Assembly: GCA_002269645.1 (NCBI GenBank)
Contig: NIVC01000558.1
Span: forward strand, 1-64,000
Length of the DNA: 64,000 nt
Reading direction: 5' to 3'
Origin: Macrostomum lignano
Taxonomy: Eukaryota
The notes beneath the pieces are model-generated. The model was not told the origin of the DNA, ran no database searches, and worked only from the letters and a program-made list of their open reading frames with translations. A program made the position numbers and the translations under genes. Below, one piece after another: positions 24,277-36,144 of the stretch (position 1 is the first letter of the stretch; each line of letters begins with the position of its first letter).

Positions 24277-27085
24277 TGATTTGATAGACGCAAGATTTTC
24301 GCAACCTATTCCCCAATAATATCTTATTTGGAGCGCACTATTATTATTATTATAAAACTATTTATTATTATAATTTATAAAACTATATCTGCGGATTTCA
24401 GTCAGTCCAATCCTACCCTAATTTTACTCTAATCTTACAGGATACACTTTGTCCACTTATGATCCCTACATTTATTGGCGTTACTCTTGCACTTATCAAT
24501 CTAGCGTTCGACTGTATTTGATCTTGCAGACACCAAATTTTTAGACTTGCTCGAAAGATTTCTGCACTCATAAGAAGTGGAGTTTCAAGTCTGAAAAAAA
24601 TTTACACTTGTCAAGCACTCACCCAAACAACTTTTTGTATCTTTCAGCAGCTTAAAACAAATAAATATTAAACAATACTATATTACAATCTATTTTTTAC
24701 GCTCGTATATTCTTCGTACTCGTCAAAAAGCAAGATTTTCTGGCTATCAGCGTATAGTAGTAATTAATGCAATCGTTTATCCTAAACTGTATATCATAAG
24801 TCCTAGATTATAAATCGAAATCCTAAATATATTGTAACGAGTCCGGTATATTTAATATTACTAGCGAAGAGAGAGTATTAGCAACGTATATCAATGGTTC
24901 AGCAGATACGTCTGTCAGTCCTGGACGATTTACTATACTCGGAGCATAAGAAATCTTACTGTCTTAGTATGAATGCGTACACTGGTGATCGGCTCTGATT
25001 ATAATTATTGTATCTCACGTACATGCTAGGTTGATCTACGTCCCAGGCTGCCACACGCTTACAGAAAAAGACTAGAACTTACATGTTAAAATTATGAGTC
25101 GCATTTCTTGGAAACGGAAACCAAATTAACAAAATACGTAATATTAAACCCTATAATAAATTACGCACGTAATCTAAACAGCTAAGGATTTGAATAAAGT
25201 TAAAATACACCATGTAAATAAACTAGATTTGAATTACAGAATTTCCAAACCGTTACAATATCATTATATGCTATCAAAAATCCGCAATCTGCAATAGATC
25301 GAAATGTTTAATGAATCCACTGCTTGATCACAGTTGCCGATTGAATTCGGTTAAGTTTTAATGTTGTTATTACTTATCATTTTTTTAAAATTCTATTAGC
25401 AATTACGGAATACTATGCCAATAAATTCAAGATCGCATAGATTGGTAATTGTTCAATTGAAATAAATGAGTGTGTGACGTTCTTGCAGGCGAGCTTGAGT
25501 GCAGACGAACTACACGTACAAGGCAGAAGTATAGCAATCCCAATTATAGTTGCGCATGTCCAGATCGAGATGCAATCTGAGACTAGTAGCTCATACGAGT
25601 TTAATGCCATGTAGTTCTATGAGAGAACTACATGTAACATTCAGCGTGCGCGGGCAAGGGGCACTCGGCAATAAAGCTAAACAGGAAACCAAATTTGAAT
25701 CAGACACACCTCTGAAAATAGATAAACAAAGTTGTAACCCAATAGGAAAATATAAGACCAAAACAGATATAGCTTTAAATATCAATTCCTAGCTTAATCC
25801 TTACTAAATCCAATTAGAAACCTGTAATATACAATCAGCGCTGAATCCTGAGCACATGCATGTAGAAGAGCACCAATACTCCAATACTGTATACAGGCAC
25901 GCACTCATGCACACGCACACATAGGGTGTACAGCGGCCCAGAATTTCTAATCGTCATGGGGTCGTGAAAGCACTAGTTTCTTTATATTTTTATCTGATAT
26001 CTTGCACCACCTTACTGCGTCCATATTAGCACAAAAACTTATGCATCCTTCTACTTGTTATTATTATTAACCGAACAAAATTCTTTTTTAACAAAAAGCC
26101 TTAATCTAACCAGCGTTAATTCTCGGTCTTTGAAAACTTTGTTAAATTGTTATCTGGCTTTGTTTTTTTATTCGCCCAACACTCAGTGTGCTCGCAATTC
26201 CTGACGTACATGTACTGAATAATGTTTCTGAAGCCAGGAGACTGAAATAGCTACTATACGTAGCAGCAAGAATTGAGAAGTCACAGAGCAGCAGTCACAG
26301 CACTCACAGCTCCACAAGGCCAAGGGAGTGAGGTTGAGGGCAAGGGACCACGTCAGGAGCCACGAAGAACAGTGCCCAAGCGGCCCTGTCGATCTGGTAG
26401 TTTCAGCTGCTTGAGATGGGAGTTCTAATACTAACCTATGTGAGAGCAAATTTTATCCAAAGAGAAAAGTTTTCAGCATCCCCTGCAAGTCTGCCTTGCT
26501 TTATAAGCCTCAGCTGACTCTAAAAAACACTGCTCAAGACGTTACTTTTGCTGCGGCTACATCTATTAGAACATGCGGGTAAAATTAAAATGCATGAATT
26601 ACTGTCCATCTTCTGATTCTCGTTTTAACCGTCAAGGAGCCTGACTGATGTACAAAGTTTCTATATAAGTATGATGCACAAGCATATACCTCGGAACAAT
26701 ATCAGAGCCAAACTGAAATTCTGTCTCTAGAATAAATGACATGCAACATGACTCCCATGTGCATGTAAATGAGGGGGGGGGGTGGTTTATGAAATTTTGT
26801 GGTATGAATAGGATGTGGTAGCAGCCTCGGTCACAAAATCTGTGACTCATGGATTTTCATGCTTTCGCGATCGACTGACTCCCAGTTTTGCAAGCTGCAC
26901 AAAATCACACAAAGTATTTTTCTGTAGTCGCTTTTGCACGACTACAAAAGAGTCATTTATTTCGCACGATCAATGGAAAGGAAATCCAAGATCAGATAGT
27001 TAAAAAAGTTTGCTTTCACAAAAGAACTCAGGGTAAAAATTTTGCTTCAAGTTCTTTTATTCTTGCAACGGCAGCACAACCAATA

Positions 27086-28040
27086 CCTGCAGTGACCAAT
27101 GCCTGCAGTGACCAATGCCTGCAGTGACCAATGCCTGCAGTGACCAATGCCTGCAGTGACCAATGCCTGCAGTGACCAATGCCTGCAGTGACCAATGCCT
27201 GCAGTGACCAATGCCTGCAGTGACCAATGCCTGCAGTGACCAATGCCTGCAGTGACCAATGCCTGCAGTGACCAATTCCTGCAGTGACCAATGCCTGCAG
27301 TGACCAATGCCTGCAGTGACCAATGCCTGCAGTGACCAATGCCTGCAGTGACCAATGCCTGCAGTGACCAATGCCTGCAGTGACCAATGCCTGCAGTGAC
27401 CAATGCCTGCAGTGACCAATGCCTGCAGTGACCAATGCCTGCAGTGACCAATGCCTGCAGTGACCAATGCCTGCATTGACCAATGCCTGCAGTGACTAAT
27501 GCATGCAGTGACCAATGCCTGCAGTGACCAATGCCTGCAGTGACCAATGCCTGCAGTGACCAATGCCTGCAGTGACCAATGCCTGCAGTGACCAATGCCT
27601 GCAGTGACCAATGCCTGCAGTGACCAATGCCTGCAGTGACCAATGCCTGCAGTGACCAATGCCTGCAGTGACCAATGCCTGCATTGACCAATGCCTGCAG
27701 TGACTAATGCATGCAGTGACCAATGCCTGCAGTGACCAATGCCTGCAGTGACCAATGCCTGCAGTGACCAATGCCTGCAGTGACCAATGCCTGCAGTGAC
27801 CAATGCCTGCAGTGACCAATGCCTGCAGTGACCAATGCCTGCAGTGACCAATGCCTGCAGTGACCAATGCCTGCAGTGACCAATGCCTGCAGTGACCAAT
27901 GCATGCAGTGACCAATGCCTGCAGTGACCAATGCCAATGCCTGCAGTGACCTATGCCTGCAGTGATCATTGCCCCTGGAGTAAACAATGCCTGCAGTGAT
28001 CATTGCCCCTGGAGTAAACAATGCCTGCAGTGGTCATTGC
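27086..28040. repeat. 16-bp satellite (GCCTGCAGTGACCAAT)n
   Basis: Period 16 read directly. Confidence 0.97.
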
Positions 28041-29975
28041 CGAGTGATTTTCCAGTAATCAGACAGCCTCATGCAATTGCCAAAAGCTTACAATCAAAGT
28101 AACGCCGTCTGGTTTTTTTTAAACAGCGTTACAGGGCGCGTTTCTGGGTTTGGGGCGAACGTTGGCCGTGGGTGTTCGCCTGTGTTGGAGGTGCTGCTGC
28201 CAACGATGCACTGAACAACAGTATATGAACCAGTAGGCCAGGGGTAGGCAAACTCCTGCCAGGGGGGGGGGTCACATGCAGCCTGAAAAGCTTCTATCTC
28301 CAGCCCTCGGATCTTTTGAAACTTCACAATAGCAATCCGGCCCACTCGGGGTTTGCGCCTCTTCTCAGCTCTCCTCTCTTCTCTTTTCCCTCCCCTTTCC
28401 TCTCTACTCTCTTCGTTTCTCTCTTTCTTTTCCTCTCTTCATTCTCTCTAATCTCTCTTTCCCCTCTTCTCCTCCTCCATCCTTTCATATCTCATCTCCT
28501 CCTTTCTATTCTCTCTATCTATTCTCTCTTCTCTATCTTCTCTATCTTTTCTATCTTGCAGTTTGCAGAGACGGATTGCATCTGCACTGCTGTTGAGCCC
28601 CAGCAGCCCAGAGAAGGAGCTACTCAAACAGTGACTGATCCTTGAGGCTGTGGAAGTGGGGGTTGAGTGACAGGTGATTTCATTGTTTTTGAGTTTTAGG
28701 AGCGAAGAAGAAGCGCGGAGGCCTAGCAAGTTCATTGGTTTTCTGAGCTGTTGTTGTCTTGTCCCGACTTCTGCTGCTGCTTGAGGTGAGTGCCTGCCTC
28801 ACAGACCTGTCAGGGAGTAACCAACAGCATATTTGCATAAGCTGCTACCCACAGACAAGCAACTCTGAGCCTGCAAGCAGAATGAATTGGCTAGTAGAGG
28901 AAGGGATGGGTAACCATATTGCGGACTCAAAACACTTGTGAACGTGATTGTCTCAGTCCCAGATGACTAGAAAATTGGCTTACAGAAGTCTCAAAGACTC
29001 TAATATCATAATATTTTACTACGAGTATAGAACCTGACTTCATCGATGATTGTTTTATCTCAAAGTCGAAAAACATGTTTATGATTTGTCTATTAAGCTG
29101 GAATTAAACACACAAAGCACTGGGTTTATTGCTTTTCTGCTCTGGCAAAGCCCAAGTCCTGCTATCCAAGAGACGAGATCACCTACGAAAGGGATACTCT
29201 GCAAGGCTAAGTAAGGCTTTGAATCCCCAACCCACCAGTTGCAACAGCAGATTCTTCCTACAGAAAGCCAGCCAGTCTAAGTAAAAGTGTCCCGTAAAAA
29301 GTTAAAAGACAATAAGGGGATCCAAAAAGGCGCGGTGTTGAAGAAAGCAGAGGTTCATTGTTCCAGAGAGACGGGATCGGGTTGGCAAAATGGATTTGCT
29401 AGCTTCATACCCCCAGGTAGCAGCTGCTTCCCACAGAAAAACTGCGAGGCCCTCCCCCCTTTGGAAGCCATGCAGTTCTGGAAATCCAGAAAAGAAACTG
29501 GTGAAGCTAAAGCAGCTTCACATTTACTCATTACTCCCAACTACACCGACTAGCTGCCTGGTGCATCAAAGATTCAAAGCTCCACTGTTGGCTATTTACG
29601 CGACTCTTCAGCGTCCATTCTCTGTCGACTGTGGGTGAGCTATTAAAACAAAGGACTAGCTACTAGACAATGGGATTGTTAGGAGATGCAGGGAGCAGCC
29701 AACATGTGATGAGAGTGGGTGACACTACGAGTTAAGAGTCAAAGTCAAGTTTGGCAAGAAAATAGTCTCAGCTACTGTTGCTGCGCTAAAAACACGTTGC
29801 TAAGAGACGCAATGCTCAGATCCTAAGGCAGCTCCAATGTCTGAGCATCTGGCAGGCTGTTTGAGCGACATTTGAGGCAGTGTATAAATATGAGTGAGCT
29901 GCTCCTCCGGGTGGGACGCTGCCTCACCGAGACATTCAAGAATCCAGAGCTCACTGATAGACTGAATCTCCTGAC

Positions 29976-32900
29976 ATGATTCGCGAAATTCTTCTCGCCT
30001 GCGCCTTGGTCTGCGCTGCTGCAGCGAGTGACCTTGACGGCACAGGTAACAGCTTACGGTGACTAATTTATTTACCAATTGTAAAAATTCAACGCGAAGG
30101 TGAACCAAAAATTCGTTGCAGAGTACTCGACTGATCCTGTGGAGTCGCTGAACTCCACAGCTCCGATAACATCAGCTGGTGGAAGCAGCGACATTCACTG
30201 CACTGTGCAGTGCTCGGCCGCTGGAGCCGACGTCTGCGCTGCCACCGCCTACGTAGAGGAGACACGAGTGTGCTTGTTCTCAGGCGTGAGCAATGCGGAC
30301 TTCTCAGCTGCCGCTCCGCGCAGCACCGTCTTCCGAAGGGTGAAAGGTTCGCAATTGCTGGGTTTCGGAGCTGATTTCATTCAATTTTTATAAGTGGTTT
30401 GGCTATTCTGTAGGACCCTTTTGTGGCAGCTGATACATTAGTTACGACAGACGTCCGCAAAGTAGTGTTATTTTTCGTGTTGCGGACATTTGGTAAGTTG
30501 CACTGACACAAGTTTGGTGGCGTTCAAAAGCGACAAGTCTTTTTTTATAAATTATTTAAACTTCAATCAATTTGAGTTTATATATCAAGAGATATGTGTA
30601 TTTAAGTATAAAAAGATCGGTCATTGACTTACAGAACCTATAGACACCTAAGCTGTCTCGGCAGAACAACTGTCTGAAAAAAATTATCGATTGCCACTGA
30701 GCAGAATGCTAATTTTAACAGATATTTGAGCTTCTGAAAGTCTACGAGCAATCTCCCTCTACGAGAGCGCGTTAGTCATGTTAGAGAAGAAACTTGCCGC
30801 TTTCAAACGACACCAAACTTGTGTCAATGCAACTTGCCAAACGTCTGCAACACGTAAAAGTAACACTATTTTCCGGAATACCTTTAGTTAGTTAGTTAGT
30901 TAGCAGGGCGGTCCGAAGACGCAGCGGGGAGGCGAGCGTCGCCCATTCCGCTAATCCCTGAAAGACCCGCATAGGCTAGGGCGCGGGGCCAGTCAGGGAG
31001 GTCTGCCGGTCCTGTCTGCAGCGTTGTCTTCGGTGGGGAAGACGGAGGCTCGCTTGGTGGCCCACAGGAACCGGATGAGCCGTGGGATATTCTCGGGCCG
31101 GCAAGCGTCGTCCAGGGACGGGTTGGGCCCGAGGTGGTTGAGCCGGTCTCGGTTGAAGGCCGGACAGTAGCAGACAAAGTGCTTGGCGTCTTCGTTCTCT
31201 AGGTTGCAGAAGGGGCAGAGTTCGCTCCGGCGAACACTTCGGAGGAAGCAATGCCTGGCAAAGCAACCGTGACCTGTGAAGGTCATAATGAGAGCCCGGA
31301 TATCTTTTCGATTTTTGTTCAAAAGGATTCTCCGCAGCTTGAGGGACGGATTAGGCACTGCCGCACGGAATTGGCGGCAGTTGGAAATGCCACCCCATCT
31401 GCGCAAGTGCAGGATGTCCGCCCAGCCGTTAATCTGACGATTAATGACCGTAGCGGGGATGGGAGCAGAGGCACGGGGCCAAGGAACGAGCCAGAACTAC
31501 CCGCCTTGGCGAGGGAGTCGGCGAGCTCGTTACCTCTGAAGCCGGCGTGTCCTGTGATCCACGTGAGCCGGACGGAGTTTCTCCGAGCCAGCTTGTTGAG
31601 CTGCCCGATACAGTCGCAAACTGTTCGGGAGTTCGTAGTGGTGTGACAAAGGGCCTGCAAGGCGGCCTGGCTGTCAGAGTGGTAGAAGATTCTGTTGTCC
31701 TTGAAGTCCCTGCAATGGAGCTCAGCTGCACAGGAGCTGATGGCAAACTTCATTCTGGAAGACGCTGGAGAGTCTGCCAGTGTGTTGGGCGTGAGTGGCG
31801 ATCACGCGGCCGTTGATAAGGATGCAAACTCCAAAGTCAGATATACCGTCTTTGGAGATCCGTCAGTGAAGCAGTGAGCCTCCTGAGGGGCCCAGCTGTC
31901 GTCGGCGTTTTCCCTAGAGGGGATAGTGACCTTGAAGCGTTGGTAGAGATTGAGGGAGCGCGGCTTACAGTCCGAAAGGACAGCCGCACTTCTACTCTCC
32001 TCCAGAACTTTAAGGCACAGGTCAGAGTGCGGCAGGAACTTGCGCTTCGCCATCGCTCTTTGTGGCTTGAAGCTAACGCCAGCCTCGATGAGCCGGCGGG
32101 TAGTTTTAGCACCCTCGCGACGGACGAAGATGTCCAGGGGCGGGAGGCAGAGGAAAGCATTGAGGCCGTCAAAGGGTGCAGAGAGCGGGGCATTCAGGAT
32201 CATGCGACACGCACGTCCCTGCACCTTTTTGAGGGCTTCGTGGCAGGTTTTAATCTGCAAAGCGCTGGTCCAGACCAGGCCGGCGTAAGTAACGGCGGGC
32301 CGGACCATTGCGGTATAGATCCACCAGAGCCGCTTCGAAGTGAGGCCCCAGGTGGTGCCGACGGCTCTGCACAACTGCGCAAGAATCGCGAGGGCTTTTT
32401 TGGTTTTGGCCTGAACGTGGGTGGACCAGCTCAGCCTGTGGTCGAGCGTAACGCCGAGACACTTGGTTTGCTTGCAGGATGGGATTTCCACCCCCCGTAA
32501 AGCTTTAGTGGCCGAATACGCAGTTGACCCTGCTGGTGAACATGATCGCGACAGTTTTGGTCTCAGAGAGTCTGAGGCCGCATCTGTCCGCCCATTGTTC
32601 AGCAGAGTGAATAAAGTTTTGTAGAAGATCCCTAAGGGTTTCAGGTGACGGTCCGGATGCCACGGCTGTGACATCATCGGCGTAACCGACCTTAAGGATG
32701 GGGTCAAGATGGCTGTCCCTAAGGAGCTCATCGATGACCATGTTCCAGAGAAATGGAGAGAGAACACAGCCTTGGGGCTGCCTTTGCAGACGGTTACCGT
32801 CCGTTGGTGGCCCAGCAGGTGCGCGGTGGCAGTACGGTGGCTGATCATATACATGATCCACCGGGTGAGGTGCGAGTGGGTTCCTCTAGCACGAAGAGCT

Positions 32901-34748
32901 CTGTCAAAAGCCTCAAAGAGGACATTATCGAAGGCTCCAACAATGTCGAGGAAGACAGCGAGAGCGTAGTCATTGCCAAGAATGGCTTTCTACAGCATGT
33001 CGACCAAGACGTGAAGCGCGTCTCCGTGGACCTGCCTGCCCGAAAGGCTGAGCGGCTTGTTCTTCACTTCCACAGAGAGGAGGCGCCAGAGCACCAGTCT
33101 CTCCAACAGTTTCACCAGTGAGGAGGTGAGGCTGATAGGCCTGAAGGATTTAATGGACCGGTAGTCCGGTCGGTTGGGCTTGGGGATAAAAACCACCTTA
33201 GCCTCGGTCCAGGGTTTCGGAACAAAGCCGAGAACATGGCTTTCAGGAGCCAGCAAAGGTTCTGCAGGAAACCGGTGCATTTCACCACCTCTCGCAGGAA
33301 GGCTGGCAGGAAGTAATGATTGAGTCAGCCAGTACGTGTCCGCCCACTGAATGATCAGGGGGGTAGGGCCTGGCTATCTCGTTCGGGAAAAACGCTGTTA
33401 GCATCGCTTCCAGTGTTTCTTCTGGGTTCTCAGTGAGCGAGCTGTCGGCTCTTTTAAGGATTCCTAGCTCTCTCCCGGAAAACCCTCATAATCAGTTGAT
33501 TAAGAAATGCAGAATTATAGTGAATCTGAATGAAAGTTTTTTTATGATTCTTTAAGAGGAATTGACAACAACAACTACAACTACTACTACCACTACGACA
33601 ACGACAACTAGTCCTGCTCCCGGGTACCATGTGCTGCTGAGTCGCACAAGACTCACACTGAGCTTTGCTCGAACTTGGACTGAGTACGAAAACGGCTTCG
33701 GCGATGGAGTGGACGTGTGGCTCGGTGAGACTTAGGGCTCAACAGAAACTACCTTGACTAACTTACTTTAGTATTAAAACGCAAAACATTAAAACATTTG
33801 TTTTTCTGAAATCTTGGTGACAAAGTGCCGGGAGATATACTTATCATCGACCCTTTAGCAGGGCGATGACTTTTAATATGTTATGATGACTCATATGCCG
33901 ACCTAAAGGTTAGTACAATTTTAAGTAGCAAAAACTCTTCAAAAAAAATTTAAATTTTTATTACATCAGCTCTACTGGGCAGATGTACAACCGACAGCTC
34001 AGTCGCAGCAATTGCGTGGCGCATCTGAAGGCTGCGTACGGCTGTTCAGTCCAAGGACTGGGGGGTTGCCACATACACCTTGAATTACCCTTGAATTGTG
34101 AACTGGAGCAATGCAGAGTTAAGTGTCTTGCTCAAGGACACATTGTACCGAACTGGGTCGAGAATCGAACCCCCGACATTTCGGTCTTGGGTACGACGCT
34201 CTAACCACTAGGCTACAACCCCTTGTAGACCAATTTACATGTAACACTCGCTGTTTGATTTGTAGACTTGTACTAAAAAAAGACATTTTTAATCGCCACA
34301 GCAAGCTTTATGCTTATCCAATCTTGTATTAAAATCACTTGATTCAGGCCTGCAAAAAATAAATGAGCTGACTGGGAGCACGCCAAGGAAGCTGAGAGTG
34401 GAGACTGTGTCCACTACTGGCGTTCCGTACGTCGACGAGTATTCCGGATTCTCCGTGGGCGATGCCAGCACCAACTACGCCATGACCTTCGATGCTCATT
34501 TGACGGCCAGCTCAAACACAACTGGCGACTCGCTCACCTATCACAAAGGCATGCAGTTTTCCACCATGGACAGGGATAACGATCAATCTTCCACTTCTTG
34601 TGCCTCGCTATACGGTAATGGTGGCTGGTGGTTTAAAAACTGCCATTACGCTAATCCTACAGGAGGCACTGTCTCCACTCACAATCCCTACATTTATTGG
34701 CGTTATGCTAGCACCTATCAGTCCAGCATCCACATATATTTGATTTAA
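29976..34748 (+). CDS. PAN-FReD paralog G3, intact (signal peptide-PAN-Thr stalk-FReD, 287 aa)
   Basis: join(29976..30045,30122..30346,33557..33724,34348..34748) = 864 nt, open; GT-AG phase 1 introns; PAN-type HCTVQC..C..TAY....CLF; FReD motifs conserved. Confidence 0.9.
30883..33474 (-). mobile_element. 5'-truncated non-LTR retrotransposon with RT, RNase H and C-terminal CCHC finger (I-group, LOA-like), degenerate
   Basis: RT (GCVLSPFLWN, YADD), RNase H (FTDGS, SDSQAAL, WITGHAGFRGNELADSLA), CPFC..H..C; (CTAA)n tail; TSD CCGGAA[T/A]ACC at 30873-30882 and 33475-33484; several frameshifts. Confidence 0.92.
33972..34222 (-). mobile_element. tRNA-derived SINE with CORE-like segment, intron 3 of G3
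   Basis: Minus strand GGGGTTGTAGCCTAGTGG (A box) ... GGTTCGATTC (B box), then GTGTCCTTGAGCAAGACACTTAACTC resembling the MIR/CORE domain; 3' boundary approximate. Confidence 0.75.
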
Positions 34749-35202
34749 CAGGCACCAAATTATTAGACTGCCTCAAAGATTTCGGCACTAACAAAAACTG
34801 GAGTTTCAAGTTAAAAAAATATAGTTACTCGTATAAAGCAATCATTTTAACAACTTTTTGTTCCTTTTCTATTCGCTAAAACAGTCGCTGAAAAGTAAAA
34901 AGTAAATTTTTATTATACTTTTCTCCTAATATTTTATTCTTTATACTTTCTAGAAAGCTGTTTGATGAATAGCAAGATATTCTGGCTTATCTCCAGTTTA
35001 TTCTATCCTAAATCCTAAGTCTTAAATATAAGTTATTAAAAAATTCACAATAAAAAATTGCTCGTAATTTTTTATACGAGCATCCTTTTGATTAAAGCTG
35101 AATCCCATGGCATCGACATATTAATCTTCCATTAATGCCTTCTTGGGTTGTTAGAGATTGAATGTGAAAGAAAAGTGTCATGTTCCTTTTCAAATAATCT
35201 AA

Positions 35203-36144
35203 TATAGCTTTTTTCAAGCCAATTGAGCCTAGGAGCAAGCAATTTAATCCTTAGTGGGAGAATCAAGCTATTGAAGACTTGTTTTTCATTGTCTATGGCC
35301 CAAAAGGGGGTTTATGGAGCAACCAATTTGAGAATCTGGGCGCGCAATTGATCCTTTCCACAGTTGTGCAAGCCTCAGACATTAGAAAAGAACAGATTTC
35401 ATTAGACAAACATGGATATGGCAGACGAAAAATTTAGCGAGCAGAGCAGTGACCAAAGTTTTGATACCTAGCCCAAGATGTAGTGCAGTTGAGCAGAATC
35501 CTACAGGGCGAGAACCCTATTGCAAGATAAGCAACAAAAAGTACGACCTGATTGTCGCTGCCATCGAGAGAGGTGATAGTGCTGAGCACATTTCGCGATG
35601 ACTGGACGTAAAGAGAAAAACAGTGTATTCTAACAGGCGTCGCTATGAAATCACGGGATGACGGGACTGCGCACGAGGGGGTGGAGATCGAGCATCGAAA
35701 CTGGAAGAGCAGCACATGCTACTGCTTCTTTTATCACTGGATAGCAATCCTATAATGACGTTGAAAGAGCTCTGAACATTGATCGGGTTTGATTTCAATC
35801 TGTCCAACACTGTTTTGAGAGACACGATTGTTCTCGGCTTATACTGTATGCTATGGTTTTGCATTTGCCTGTTTTTGATTGGTTACTCTGAAATCAAAGT
35901 GTTAATGTCAATCGTTTTTTGATATGCCATCTACTTGCAGACGTTATTTCAGTGAAGTTATGAAGGATATACGAGCACTGTGAAAAGGATTAATTGCGCG
36001 CCCAGATTCTCCAATTGGTTGCTCCATAGACTCCATGACCCTTTCGGGCCATAGACAATGAAAAACAAGTCTTCAATAGCTTGATTCTCCCAATAAGGAT
36101 TAAATTGCTTGCTCCTAGGCTCAATTGGCTTGGAAAATGCTATA
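35203..36144 (+). mobile_element. Internally deleted Tc1/mariner/IS630-like DNA transposon
   Basis: ~150-bp inverted repeats (35203-35350 vs 35992-36144) bounded by TA; degenerate HTH frame IVAAIERGDSAEHISR*LDVKRKTVY..RGGGDRASKL..NPIMTLKEL; absent from the homologous flank at ~55550. Confidence 0.72.

Noticed and set aside
27028-28021. AGIGHCRHWSLQALVT-repeat ORFs (also 38840-39225)
   Set aside because: Artefact of a 16-bp unit lacking stops on the minus strand
29287-29553. Recurrent ORF KKAEVHCSRETGSG..WKSRKETGEAK (also 38333, 41043, ~61320)
   Set aside because: Duplicated upstream DNA; copies differ by frame-breaking indels and lack consistent starts or splice sites
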